The position numbers and the translations under genes were made by a program. Positions 13,561 to 35,473 of a DNA stretch of 64,000 nt are shown piece by piece (the first letter of the stretch is position 1; the number at the start of each line of letters is the position of its first letter). The notes under the pieces are model-generated. The model saw only the letters and a list, made by a program, of their open reading frames with translations, did no database searches and was not told the DNA's origin. Source of the DNA: Chrysomallon squamiferum (taxonomy: Eukaryota > Animalia > Mollusca); assembly GCA_012295275.1 (NCBI GenBank), contig CM022671.1, positions 23,498,001 through 23,562,000 of the forward strand, written 5' to 3'.

Positions 13561-14228
13561 ACACACATATGTAAATGTATGTATATATATTTAGCTCGTA
13601 AGAATCCCACGAAAAATATATAAATATATCATGACTATTACAAGTGCAGTCTCAGCTTTTTCGCTGTTTTTATCTATTTTTTTAAAGGGCGTTCCTGCTA
13701 CGATCGAATTTATCTCGGCTTGGCGCAGTGTCACTGAGCAGAATGTTCCAAGATAAATTAATTTTTATAGCCTGAATGTACAGCATACTTTCCTTAACCT
13801 TTTTCACCGTCCAAAATATAGTTTTATCTTCAACCATAAATCTGTTCCACGTTTATGTCTCTATTGAATACCTTCGCATAATACATCTACTGTTACACGT
13901 AGTTCACTGAAACCACTTTTGATTTTGTTTTCTTTCAAACAAAAACTATATTCAGAATACAAATAAAAGGAATTTAATTTGATTAAGAAGAAAGCATATC
14001 ATCTGACCTGGTCTGTTGAGGATTAAATAAGTCGCCAGAACAATGTAAAGATTATAGATATTCTGTTTCGATTCGCTAATCAGCAGTTTCCAAATAATAT
14101 TTTTAAATTACATACAGTCATAATAAATATGTATGCACAATGTCTAGTCTTCATCAGTATGAAAATGTTCTGAACTGTTCATTTATTATTTCAACTACGT
14201 TTATTATGGTTTAGATAAAATAGTAAGT

Positions 14229-14266
<38 letters not shown>

Positions 14267-14322
14267 GTACATTTTGTATGTATATTTAAATGTATATATA
14301 TATTTGAGTGTGTATGTTTATA

Positions 14323-14371
<49 letters not shown>

Positions 14372-14989
14372 TGTGTGTGGGTGTGTGTGTTACAGTATCT
14401 TCAGACAGTAAATGTGTAAAATATATCTGGAAATTAAAACTGGAAAACAGAACACGGTGCACACGTACCCGATAGAATCTTAAAAGTCAAAACATAAAAA
14501 AACAACAAAAAAATCAAACCCGCAATCTTTCAGTTTTGATTCGAACATTCCATCAGTGACTGAGAACTTCATCTTTCTCGAACCACAAGAGAGCAGCAAT
14601 TTCACCGAAGGTTACAGTCATTTATTAGATTCAATAGTTCTCTCTTTACTGTCAAAAAGACAATCTTCTCAATCATATTACCGTTACAAGCGTTATTTAA
14701 ACTGATAGGGAAATTGCCTCGCCTGTATAAACATTTGTAAAACTTTATTACCATCGACTTGGCTTTTAAGCCTGACAAGGCTGGAATATTTATTAACCTT
14801 CCAGCAAAGACTAACGCAATAAGTGGCCGATGGCAGCAGTACGCCTGTCATATTTGTTTAGCGTTTCTGGTGATTTAAACAAAATTAGGAAAGAGGATCA
14901 AATAAATCTCTGTTATGTCATTAACAATTTGTCTGGACGAAATATTGAAGAGTAAACTTTACTGATAATGATGTTAAAACGAAAATAAA

Positions 14990-15019
<30 letters not shown>

Positions 15020-15029
<10 letters not shown>

Positions 15030-15140
15030 TTTCATTACTAAAAATTTTAAAAATTGCAATTTCATTTTTAAAAATTGCAATTTCATTTGTAAAAAATTTT
15101 AAAAATTGCAATTTCATTGAAAAATGTTTTAAATTTGCAG
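15020..15140 (+). repeat. Short tandem repeat of AAAATTGCAATTTCATT
   Basis: Four near-identical copies plus one degenerate copy, immediately after a poly-T tract. Confidence 0.8.
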
Positions 15141-16264
15141 TTACATTGCCTGTCGTTTCCAGTAATTAGCCGTAATTTTACTGGCTCGAAGGCTCAATGA
15201 TTACAAGTTTTTTACATTTTCGAAATAGATAAGAATTTTGTAATGGTCACTTTTAAGATATTTACAATGTGAACTGTCACTGGAATGTCATAACATTAAC
15301 TGTTTCAGCTTATCTTGAAAGCCCAGCATCCTAGAGAATAAGAGAGAATATAGAAATTGCTAATAACTCCGCCTTTCATTAGATATTTGGCTAATAGTTT
15401 AACCATTATGCAATCGACCACTGATTATTGGCATCTTGCTAATAAATACTTGATGATATACTTACTGGTGTATATTTTAAAACGTGTAACTTTCCTTTCT
15501 TAATATTCTCTATATTAAATGAACAGGGGTAAAAAAAGAAACAAAACAAACAGTATTTTCGATTTTGTTTTAATTAATATTTTGATTTTAACATTATCGT
15601 CATCATCTGTATCTTCATAATCATCATAATTATTGTCGTCATCAGTATTATTTCAATCAAAAAATCAACAAAACATAAACGGACATTTATTTTTTATACC
15701 ACAAAATATATCTAAATACTTAATAGTATATATGTATATATATATATATGTGTGTATGTATGTATAATATAATACATAAGTAACTACTCCTGCAGAACTA
15801 AATTCCATTGTACATACAGTATATGTAACGTTCGAACTGTGTGTAATTTTTTCATATTTTTATGTATCCATCTAGCATGATAATAAAAAAAATAAAAGAG
15901 CCAAAAATCACCAAAACGGACAAATGCGTGCGCTCGCGCGTGTTTATTAATAAAACATTAACAAATCTTGATGTTTTATTTTACGACATATAAATCTGTC
16001 AAATTTGTTTTTCCTAACTATAAAAACAAGAATACAATATAAAAATACTCTTTAAAAAGCTAATATTTAAAATTTCAAATTAACATGTCCATTTATTTCT
16101 TCTCTATGATAAAAAAGAAGGTTCTTGCTTAAAACCTGACTATTTTTATTTCTAATTCTAAATGAATGTCACGCTTAATATCATAACTACGGAATATACC
16201 TTGTAAATGTATAAATAAACTCGACTAATATTTACACTCAAAATGCAATAACAGCTTCTTTGTT

Positions 16265-24234
<7,970 letters not shown>

Positions 24235-24380
24235 ATCTTTAGTTCACTTCTTTTTTAACCACCAATTTTTATTTTATTTATCAATTTTTATTATCAACCA
24301 GAAGATCCAGAAACTTTAAATATTCTCAACCGAACACGAAAACAAAATCCAGCCCACCAGTCTTCACTGTCTAGAATGTT

Positions 24381-24387
24381 TGAGTCA
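24381..24387. promoter_or_regulatory. AP-1 site in MMP 5' region
   Basis: TGAGTCA ~150 bp upstream of the MMP ATG; a TATA-like TATAA (minus strand, ~24438-24442) and an ETS-like ACAGGAAA (minus, ~24522-24529) lie nearby. Further TGAGTCA/TGACTCA sites occur in introns (~16392, 18245, 22691). Confidence 0.5.
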
Positions 24388-24950
24388 CGATTGAAACAAG
24401 TATATTTTCAAAGATTCAAGTTTTTAATCGTTCTTGCTTATAAAGCGAAAATTAATGAACTTTGCACTGTTCTGTAACCCGTATATGAGTTATTTAAATA
24501 TACACAAAGCGATTGATGTCATTTTCCTGTGTGCTGCACCTGCTTTGCTGTAGGAAATCCTATCCCTGGTTTAAACTCTGCCCTGCTTTAGATGTTAGAA
24601 TCACCAAGGTAGATGATCCAGCTAGCCAGACACCCCGGGTATGGCCGATATTTGATCCTGTGTATACAAACAGTGAGTTTATCTGTCAGCTGAAAAATAA
24701 TTTCAACAGTTTGTTTACTTGTCACCTTAAACCAGCGTTTGAAATATTTGATACGAAGTCCTGGAGACAACCGAGAAATTAAGTGTGTACGTATTTTCGG
24801 AATGTAGTAGAATCGGGAATCTTCGTTTTGTTTCTTTGTTGTTGTGGTAGTAGTAGTTGTTGTTTAATAGTAAAAAAAAAGTTACTGGCTTTGTATATTT
24901 GTGAGGGTTTGACGTTTTTTCTTTGTTTTGTTTTTTTAAATTTATTTATT

Positions 24951-25029
<79 letters not shown>

Positions 25030-25189
25030 GTGTTTATATTAAGCCCACAAAAACATAAATCGAAAACAAAAACAAAAAAAATTAAAGCAAACATAAATCT
25101 CTTACAATTTCATATCCCAGTGTATTTATAAATTAACTGAGATTATTAAACGTTTCCTGAAAAGAACAAAGGAATAAGCGTGGGGACAG

Positions 25190-25400
25190 TCAGGAGTGGG
25201 TGTTATGGCTAAGTGACTGGAAGTTCGTGTGACGTGTGACAGGTCACAAGATCAATCCTCTTCACTGGATCTTATCCGTGACACCCTCTGCTCAACAACT
25301 AGATACGACAGGGCCGCCTTGGTATCTAGCTCAAGGAGTGGCGGAAGCGAGCTTCCTTTGTTCCCCACCATCATTACGCAGTCAAGTATGTTAATCATAT
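25190..25400 (+). mobile_element. Degenerate tRNA-derived SINE-like fragment
   Basis: GC-rich island in AT-rich spacer with A-box-like TGGCTAAGTG and B-box-like AGATCAATCC, followed by TAGCTCAAGGAGTGGCGGAAGCGAGCTTCCT, which resembles from memory a central domain of gastropod SINEs. Not verified by search. Confidence 0.35.
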
Positions 25401-25652
25401 TAAAATGCATCTACAACGTGTTAAACTTTTATTCATTTTAATTTTCTATTTTAACACACAAAAATATTATTATTACGAAGAACAAGACTAAATGTATTTC
25501 TTATGATATAATTATTGTTTGTCCATGGTGCAAACAATTCAGTTTAATCAAGCCTAAGAGCATTGTATTATTAAAAGCAGAATCAATATAATTAAACTGA
25601 ATGGTCAGAATTATTTATTTCACACATTGCTGATTAATCTATAAATATTGAT

Positions 25653-25655
<3 letters not shown>

Positions 25656-25740
<85 letters not shown>
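25656..25740 (+). repeat. (AG)n microsatellite
   Basis: Direct reading; similar (CT)n arrays at ~23982-24041 and 26949-26994. Confidence 0.95.
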
Positions 25741-25742
<2 letters not shown>

Positions 25743-26589
25743 AATTATTATATCATATAGCCATTCAAAACGGACAGAAATATCCAAAGTATAACAGGTT
25801 TCTAATATATCGTAACCATGAGGTCTACAATAATAGAACCAATATGTAGCAAAGTTAACGATTTGTTTTCTCATTTATTATTGCCAAATGAAGATATATT
25901 CTTTACCAGTTAAAAGATAATTAATCCCAAATGTAAAATAAACAAAAAAACAAAAAAACAAGTCACCTTTGGCTATCTTAAGTCACCAAAAACTTATTTC
26001 AAGTGATATCTTTATTATATTTTCAATATCTGTTCAATAAACTGTTCTTTTTATAAATACCTTAATAGAGGTAGACTTACTGAGCTAAACATTATATCTT
26101 AGGCCTGTTTCAATTGATACACGAACATGAGATCATTCCTAAGTAAGATTTGTCGTTCGTGAATAGGTAATTTTGATATTCAGTTCTGCAGAGGACTATA
26201 TGTTGTTCCTGATGGGTTATTTTTCACAAATCGAACACTGCTGCTTTACTTCAAACTACTGTTAAACAATAAATAAAGAGTTATTTGTAAAATACTAGGC
26301 AGAGTGTGAAAGAAGATAGATCTAAATGTTCCATTTAAATAAAATATTCAGCGTAATCGACTGTTTTCGTTTTTCCCTTTTTTTTTTAATTTTTTTTTTT
26401 TCGAATATTCAGTTGTCATTTTAACCTATTTCCTTGTTTAGCTTTATTTTCGGATTATCAGTTATATCTTTTTAACATATTTCCCTAACAAAATAAAATG
26501 ATAAAAAGGTCGCGACCATTAGCATTGCTATTATATGACACAACGTATTCACGTAATTAAGGTTCCAAAACACTTCATTCAAATACTTT

Positions 26590-26944
26590 TCAGAATTCAA
26601 AATCATCTTCTAAGAGAAATCGTTCTTCTTTGACATCGTCATGCAATTCTTTCATTTTAACAGGTGTGTATTTTTCATTGCAAGATGCTTCTTCGAAATA
26701 CACGAACTTGACGTCAACACCGAAGAGAATCTTCACCACGAAATATTCCGCGATGAAAAAGAGTACCATGAATATTAGATTGAAACAAAGATGCATTCCA
26801 AACGCCGCTTCAGCAAAAGCTACATTTCTGTGGTCTGTTCTGTTCCAGTTTGATGGTTCTCCACCTGAAGAAATAACACACTGTTTAAGTGTATAAACTA
26901 ATCTTGTTTAACTGCAGGGAGCTGAATACAAAATACAGCCAAAA

Positions 26945-26996
<52 letters not shown>

Positions 26997-28902
26997 GAGT
27001 ATGTGTAGGTGTGTTGGATGGAATCATTTATATCAACCATGGATATTTAAACAACTGAAAACCATTTATCCAATGTTATGATGAATTAAATCGTAAGGAC
27101 GGTACCAATTGCGTCCCTTTAAAACAAATAACGCATTTTACATATTGCATATACCGAACGGGTTTTTTTTTTTCAAAAGTAAAACCTAATAAAGGCAAAT
27201 ACATTATGTAATATTGTTCTATTATTAAATATTCGTTTATCTTAGAAGTTACAAGTCCACAAACTGAAAAATATTATACATGTAAATAAACTTTTTGGTT
27301 CGGCAGTTGTCACTTTTGTTAAAATGGAAAGATGTTTTGTTTGACTACACCCCAGTACAAAAAATTGTCTATTGAGCAATGTATATAGAAGCTACTTTGT
27401 TTATAATGTTCCTTCGTGGTTTCACTGGGATAAATTTCAAATCTATAAATACTCAGAAGTGTTATTTTAAACTTTAACAAGTTATCTATTAATGCAGTCC
27501 ATATTTACCTGGAAATCTGTCATGAACGTAGAGCATAAAAGCCACGTGAGAAAACCAAGTCCCCAAAGTTAACACCAAATAACAGCGAGTTATAAATGTC
27601 CAGATTCCTTTCTTCCAGTATTTCTCCAACAGTATTGCAGCTGCGATACCAAACATAGGGTAAATGGGTAAGACATGGACATCCTGCTCAAGAGGTTCTT
27701 TGCCGTGCATGTGAGCGTGGTAATAGAAGCCTATCCCATACCAGAGAAATGAGAGGCATATAGTCATATAATTAGTATCTTTTGGAAGCGGGACGCCATA
27801 AAATGTCATGAGGTCACAGAGTGAGTGAAGAATGAATATGCCGTATATTGTCATATGTTGAAGACAAACGAGTTTTCTGAAATTGCCTTCTTCGTCCAGG
27901 AAATAAGCTCCTTTGTCGATAACTTCTCCCATAAATCCTGAAATCAGAAATATCGGAAGTATCATAAATTGTTGTTCTGTTTTCTAACTGAAAAATGTAC
28001 TTGATTCACATGGTATACAACGTCGAATGTTCATTATAGAGAAACGTACATAATATCGCGAAGAATCATGCTATTTACTTAAGGGTTTTTATATTTGATC
28101 ATTATGTATGTATATATGTGGTGCGTGTGTGTACGTGCGTGTGCGTGCGCGAGAGATAGAAGGTTAACTCTGACGTGCGCACATACTGCAAAAAAACTAT
28201 TTCATTCCGAACTGTTTTAAAAAATTATCTTCCAAAAATGTGTTTAATTTATACCTGCAGTAATTCACGTGTATATTGAAAATGTGTATTTTGATTTATC
28301 ATTTGGCTGTTATTTCATGTGTGATGTGAACTATTAGATTAATTTAAAAAAACAAATTGGTAACAAATAATTTCTCATGTCACAAATAAATTTGAATAAT
28401 TTGTCTTAATTTACCAACAACAGGAAAACAGATCTTGAAAATTATTTCAATTGGAATTTTTGGTTTTCCAGGAAATACATAGCTGACTTGTGGTCGAAAT
28501 TCTAATCCTCTGCTGAGACACTGTAATGGCAGAATGTCATTTATTTCAACAACAGTATATATATTAATAGTAGAAGTAATAATGATAGTAGTAGTAGTAG
28601 TAGTAGTAGTAATACGTGTTAAGGTATGGCAAGTTTGGCACCTCTTGAAGAGGGGCGCAACCGAGCACTTTCTATTAAACTAGATTGGTGTTTTTGAGCT
28701 GATTTTATGGTAAAGTTATCTAAAAGATGGGTTTAAGTTGTGTGGACAGGTGCGCAATTTCAGTGTTTGTCATAGCCGCTATTTTCCGTAGATACGCCCC
28801 TAATTAGGCTTACTAATATTACTACCATTCTTCAATGGATAAAGTTATACCTATAATGTGCTTATTTCTTCTTCTTTTTCATTTTTTTTTTTTTAATTAT
28901 TA

Positions 28903-28935
<33 letters not shown>

Positions 28936-29376
28936 TGTTGTTTTTGTGGTTGTTTCGTTTGTTTGTCCGTTTTTATTTATTTATTTATTTATTTTTGCTT
29001 TTGTTTGTTTGTTTTTAGTTGTGTTTGTTTATGTATGTGTCTATGTCTGGCTCTTTATCTCTCTCCCTCTTTTTCTTTTTCATTAATACTCATGTAACAG
29101 AAAAGTGAATTATCCTAATATTAAATATCTATGATATATAAATCATTTTTGTTATAATATAAATTATATTTAATTTATATTGTTCCGTTTGTTTGTTTTG
29201 TTTGTTTTAGGACATGGAAGGACAGAGCAGCATTAAGTCCTCGAAAACAAGAATATAAAAAGAAGAAAACAATTGCTACTCACGATAATATAATCTTTAA
29301 AACCATGGATCATCCACCAAATAGCGATAACAATAAAGAATATACCTTCATCAATATGGCCCCAGAAAGATCCCAT
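26590..29376 (-). CDS. TMEM45: Transmembrane protein 45 family (DUF716), 300 aa
   Basis: Exons (-): 29376-29284, 28520-28415, 27937-27509, 26864-26590; 903 nt in frame. N-terminus MGSFWGHIDEGIFFIVIAIWW, LQHMTIYGIF, FYYHAHMHGKEPLEQDVHVL, LGTWFSHVAFMLY and WNRTDHRNV match the His-rich multi-TM TMEM45 family. A probable non-coding first exon ends at a GTAAGT donor near 30071. Confidence 0.88.
28620..28801. mobile_element. Non-autonomous DNA transposon remnant in TMEM45 intron
   Basis: GC-richer insert ending TAGATACGCCCCT (rc AGGGGCGTATCTA, a common MITE terminus type), with internal AGGGGCGCAACC; the partner terminus is not clear. Confidence 0.35.
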
Positions 29377-30570
29377 CTTCTGTGACACGTTTAGTATTTA
29401 TAATGAAATAAAAAAAAAATTAAAAAGAGAAAAAATAATTTACGCATATAGTATATCATTCAGCTTAAATGAAATAAAACAGATTCGTTTTGAGAAAATG
29501 AAAAAGGAAATTATTTATTTTATGTTTTTGAATTTTGATTTCGTTTTATTGTATCTCAACGATCAAATTTCTGATATTCAGTTATTTGTTTATATGCTGT
29601 GTTAATATTAAAATACATGAACTTCGTAAGGAATTTTTGTTATTGTTTTTCAAAAACAACAACAGCACCAAAAACAAACAAACAAACAAAAACATAAATA
29701 AATAAAATAAAACAGATAATCTTAACTGTATGTATTTTGACTGCTTTAAAATTCCATCCAACAGTAAGATCTCGTGTTTATATCAGATGATCTTAATCTG
29801 ATAAATGATTGCATTATTACGAATATAATTAGCATGTTCTTTAAACGATAAAATATATAATAAATATCGTTATTCACGCTTTTTTCGTTAATGCTACAGT
29901 ATTCAGGCAACTAATAATATACATTACATATCCTAGAAATTACTGGTTAATATCACCATAGTATTAACGGTTTAGTAAACAAACAAATGTTAGCCTAAGT
30001 AATAAACCAACATAATCTGTTATCCATTGTGTTGATATCAAACTATTTTTACATTAAAATCAAAACTTACTGTGAAAGAGATAACGAGTATTATTCACAC
30101 CAATTTCTTTCAATAAAACAAATTAAACCAATATATTAACGAAATAAAGAATTAACTGCAACAGGAAATTTCTTGTATTTTAACATGTATTGCTTCTAAT
30201 TAAAGCAATGAAGTGATTGTTAAAAGGAAAAATTTTGATATTTTAAAATGTAATCGTATCTGATCAAAGTAATTAAAGATGAAAGTCCGTAACATCGTTA
30301 AGTTGTCAGAGTAACAGGAAATACATCCAACAGCATGTCGGCTGGTTTCATTTTACCTGATGTTTCGTTTATTAATATCAGCATGAGGTCTTTTTGTTGT
30401 TAATTTTTATTTTTATTTTTTATAAACGTATTTTTAAAAAAAATCCATTTTATTTTATTTGATTAATAAAAATATGTAAGATGAAGTTTTGCTTATAATT
30501 AAAAAAAAACTAAAATTTATTTATTTATTTATTTATGTGTGTGTATTTGGGGGTTTTTCTTCTTCATCTT

Positions 30571-30604
<34 letters not shown>

Positions 30605-31182
30605 TATTATTATTACTGAGGTAATACAAGTCTAATAAATATATAAAAGAAAATGTTTATATATTAATGTAGTTGTTGTTGTCATTATTATTACAGTGTT
30701 TCTTTTTGTGATTTCCACTATACCCAAGTTGTTTTTATTCTTTTCTATTTTTTTTTTTTTTTTTTCATCCTGACTTTCCATTAAATTATTATTAGCAGAA
30801 TTTTCTTTTTTTTGTTTTAGCACTTTCCTGAAAGAAAAAAAAACGTTTTGTATATATGGTAGATTCAGGAATGTAACCAGTGTACACATTCTCTGAAGTC
30901 ATTTGCATTATTTGTAAACAATATCAATGAAGATAAAATGCAATTGTTATTAAATTTAAATACACAATTATAAACTTACCAACCAAGCAAACAATTATTA
31001 ATGCATGTATTTGTGGGTACAGACAGAACACAGAGACTGATAGAAACCATTTAATGACTCATTGCAGCACAATCAAGAGCATTATCAAAATTTTAGGCAC
31101 ATTAGGTGGCACACATTCAGTTTCTCACATTAAAAAACAGATTACTCATTCTTTTTTCAAAGTTCATCACAGAATACATTTT

Positions 31183-34100
31183 CTAACTACTCTGAACTAA
31201 AAAGGAGCGTGGTTTTAATTCATGGAATGTGTTCATTATCATATATCTTGAGAAAAGAATGTACAGAGCTCGAAACCACACAAACTGACTCCAGTGCGCA
31301 GCCATGGCTCTCTGAAAAACAAAATTTCAAACATGAAAATTGAAATGGGAAACCTTTAAGAATGTACATGTATACACTAACACTAAAATTTGAGTAAAAT
31401 CAAAATCACAATGTTATAACTAAAACTTTTTTGAAAAGTCAAGCCATGTAGAATTTTAAGAAGTCATCAATTTTATATGTTGTTTATTTAATAGAACTTA
31501 TACACCTTTATTATATTTTTTGTTTTTTTTTTTTTTTTTTTTTTTAATTATTGGCTAAACATGTATCATATTTATGAACTTACTATAGTGAAAATTAAAT
31601 TATTTGTTACAGTGTTATCTTGTTTTTAAAGATTTTTTAATTTGATAATAAGAATAAATAAATAAATAAATAAATACCAGCAATAATTTATGGGATAGGG
31701 GAGTGCAAAGAGTTAAAAATTAAATTATATAAACTTTTGATTGTATTGCAAGACTTACTCGAGCTTTATGAATATCACTTGGTGAAGATATAAAATAGTT
31801 TTCCCCTGTCAGTAAGGTATAAGGCAGATCTAACAGTGATAAATACTTTCTCCATATACTAACAGTCTCCAACACAAAGTATCTGCAGTTCTCTTAAAAT
31901 AAAAATCATAAATATCACAATAATTTCATATTATTCCAATTATTAGTGTAATGGGATTTTTAAATCTTACATTACAACAATTACATAATTACTAAATTTT
32001 CATTAATTTTTATTATTAAAATTATTCCTGTGTAATTTCATATTAACTGAAACCCCACCAAAAAATATACATTTTGATTTTTGTTGTTCAAATAAATGAT
32101 ACCTACTGGGTAATTAATCATTTAATAAATTATTATTCATAGAAAATAAGATAAAAACAAGTGTCAGTGCAGTCCCTGTTTAAATAACAGGTATTTGAAT
32201 TCAGTTGTAAATTTCTGGTCATATCATCCATTTGCAAGATTTTCGAAATTTTACATGAGATGGGTTTTGATTTCTTGATTATAAGTTAATATTTGATATC
32301 AGTTTCAAAATAAACAAGGAAGTAACCAATATAATCAACAACACAAACTTTATAAACAAGCATCATAATGGTTAATGGTATCTTTAACATTTAAATTTCA
32401 GAAAATTATTAAAAACAAAACTGCATATGCTTAAAATAAATTAATTTAACAAAATGGATTATTCATTTTATTGACTGCTCTGTAATGGCACTAAGTACTG
32501 ATCTAGAAAATATCAAACTACATTTAAAGCAATACTTCTAACATTTGTTTCTTACAGGTTTTCTCTTTTTTTATTTCATACAAAATTAACTGCACCAGAA
32601 GCCAATATTGTCTAATTCCATAATACATCATTGCTATTACCTTGTTTTGATTGTTGAGACGATAATTTCCTAAAAGAAAACATAAATAAATAATATTAGT
32701 TATAAAACATCATTTAAAGAACATATTTCCATACTTCTAAAACAGAAAAAAAAATTAAACAAATATCAAACTCTTGCATAAATGCATAACATATATTTCT
32801 TTTATTATCTAAAATATTATTTTCAAATGAACTAATGTTTATTGCAAATATATATACTACATAATCTTTATAAGAAATAATTTCCAGGTAACATGTCCTT
32901 GACAAAGTCTATATGCAAAAATGTTTTGTGGAAGCAGGGTATTTAAATTAAATATTATGTAGTTAAAATGTTGTTCAGTTTTGAAATGAAAGCACCTTTT
33001 TCCATCATCACAGTAAGTAAATTAACATATAATTAATTGAAACACTTGAAATTAAGATATTGTCCAAATTCTGTCAAAAACAATTAAATAAAACAAAAAA
33101 ACAAAATATAAAAACATAAAATAAATTTGAAAACAATTTCAGAATAAATTAATTCTAATTACCTGACAGCTTGATACAAAGCTTTGTGGTTATTATGATT
33201 ACTCACTCCACCTTTGTCAAATGTTACGATCTGTAAATACAATTTTTTTTTATAAACATACATTTTTTAAAAATAGAAGAAAATATCATATGTTTATTTC
33301 ATCTTTTTTTTTTTTTTTCTCTTGAAAAATAAAAGAATAAATCTCAAAATATTATATTTTTAATTTCAAGCACAATGAAATTAACAAATTATAATTTTCT
33401 TTCATGTATATAATCTGATCAAATAGTTAATTAAAACAAACTGAGTGGCATTTTTATAAAAGAAGTTAAACACAATTTTACACCATGCACACTCTCTGTG
33501 ATAATAAAACACTGACAGTTTTATGTGTAAGCAACACATAAAATGAAACACACTACAGCTGAAAGTGAAAGAAAGAAAACAAATGTCTCACTATATCTGC
33601 ACCAACTAGTGAACTGTGTTTTGTAATCTTACTGCACACTTCATCTGTATCCCAATCAATTTGAGGATTATCAGGAAAAGAACTATAAAAAAAATGAGTT
33701 AATAAAACATAACACACAAAGTTCCTTCTGTTTTCTTTTTTACATTTATATTTTTATTGTTATTTTTATAGCAATAATAATATAATATTTTGATGTTTAA
33801 TTTCCGTAAAAATCATAATGTTCTTAAAAAGAAAATTATACAAGCAGACTTAACAAAAATAATCACAAAATAAGCTGGTCCCTAAAGTTCATCAATCATT
33901 ACAATTGAGGGCATTGTTTTTCAAAATTCTGATTAGTAATTCTTGCTAAAATTTAGTACCTGTAAAAAATATTGACAACAAAATACATTTCAGATTAGTG
34001 TATCCATTTCTGCGTATCTAGGCTATTCAAAAAATCTGACAGCAGAAGTTAAGACATTGATTAGTTTTAATTTTCAGCAACATAGTAAGGAAAAAAAAAA

Positions 34101-34633
34101 ATGATTAAAAATGCTGTCCACCAAAATTTTATTATTAGCATTATGTAAATCTAAATTAAATCCCACCCCAAAACCAAAACAAATATATATATGTGTGTTT
34201 TGTACTGGAGAATTAACAACAGTGCTGCAGTTGAATAGTATGTTATATTTTGTTCAAAAGCCATGATATATATAGTATATATATAGTATTTAATCACCTA
34301 ATATCTAAACAATGCACATTGTAAGGAGAGATGCCAAGAATATTACAGCTTTCAAGGAGTTCCTTCTTTCTAACTTCACCTTGTTTGTAAAAATTTCCTA
34401 AAAATAAATTTTAAACAATAATAATTTTAAAGTTTTGTAATGGTATGTTTGACTGAAGAATGTATGATTTGTATTTTACTTTTTAAAATATGGTTAATGC
34501 ATATTTATCACAGTAATTTAAGTGGTATTTAACTAAAACTTTATAGTATTATAAACATGTATAATTTCTGATAATTTTATCAGTTTTTAAATAAAATTTG
34601 ACATATAGAATTTTATTATTATTATTATTACTA

Positions 34634-34680
<47 letters not shown>

Positions 34681-34902
34681 CGTTGAAAAGCAAAGTAAAC
34701 AGACTTTACTATCTGAATCTTGACATAAACTCAAAATTGCAGGCCCAAAAAACATTGATTCATCATCTGGGTGAGCAATAAGAAATAGAATGCATTTTTT
34801 ATTTAGCTTGACTGAAAATTGTCTTCTGATTTTCAGAGCAAATATCACACAATAAACCAACAAGCATATTATTATCAATATATATACTATCTGATATATC
34901 AT
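31183..34902 (-). CDS. PIGL: N-acetylglucosaminyl-phosphatidylinositol de-N-acetylase (GPI anchor biosynthesis step 2), ~257 aa
   Basis: Exons (-): 34902-34680, 34397-34298, 33682-33592, 33230-33163, 32669-32641, 31892-31759, 31311-31183; 774 nt in frame. N-terminal TM, LIAHPDDESMFFGP, STGNFYKQGEVRKKEL, TFDKGGVSNHNNH, AMAAHWSQFVWFRALYILFSRYM. The start codon is uncertain and could lie in an upstream exon. Confidence 0.95.
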
Positions 34903-35366
34903 TCCGCTTGAGATTGTAAACTTGTTTATATTTGGCACGACCTGAATCACTGAGATACTGGAAAATACTTTCTAAAACCATATCTAATACTTTCTTTTAA
35001 TTTATAATGTTCTTTTTGTGAAACTGAACTTTAGGTCATTATAACTATGAATAATGATTTTATATATATATATATAAATTTCAATATTTTAACTTATTCC
35101 GACATTTCATTTTGAAAGGAATTGAAACAAAAAAAAAAAAAAAAAAAAATGAGATAAAATGAAATACGTTGTTTAGGATTTAATTTCGGATATGGCGGAA
35201 TTTTTGGCAAGTTGTTATATTTATTGTATTTCCTTTTACATTATTTTTGTTAGTGTATAATAGATAACTTTAGAATATTAATATCTCAAGTTAAAATGAT
35301 TTATAATTATCGTCTCATGATTTATAATGTTATTCGACTATCATAAAGGCGTTCGATGCATATACA

Positions 35367-35379
35367 GTTTCTAAGCAAC
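35367..35379 (+). promoter_or_regulatory. RFX X-box upstream of ciliary gene CFAP251
   Basis: GTTTCTAAGCAAC, an imperfect palindrome matching the X-box consensus with a perfect GCAAC half-site, ~95 bp upstream of the CFAP251 ATG in a CpG-containing patch. Confidence 0.7.
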
Positions 35380-35473
35380 GGCGTCCATATTGTTGATATT
35401 TAACGAACGGGATTGATTTTTTTAAATGCATAAGCGAATCGTATTTTAATTATTTATTTTGTTAAAAGTGAGA

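Noticed and set aside
25190-25265. Possible tRNA gene (A/B-box-like words)
   Set aside because: No cloverleaf can be formed; it is at most a decayed SINE head.
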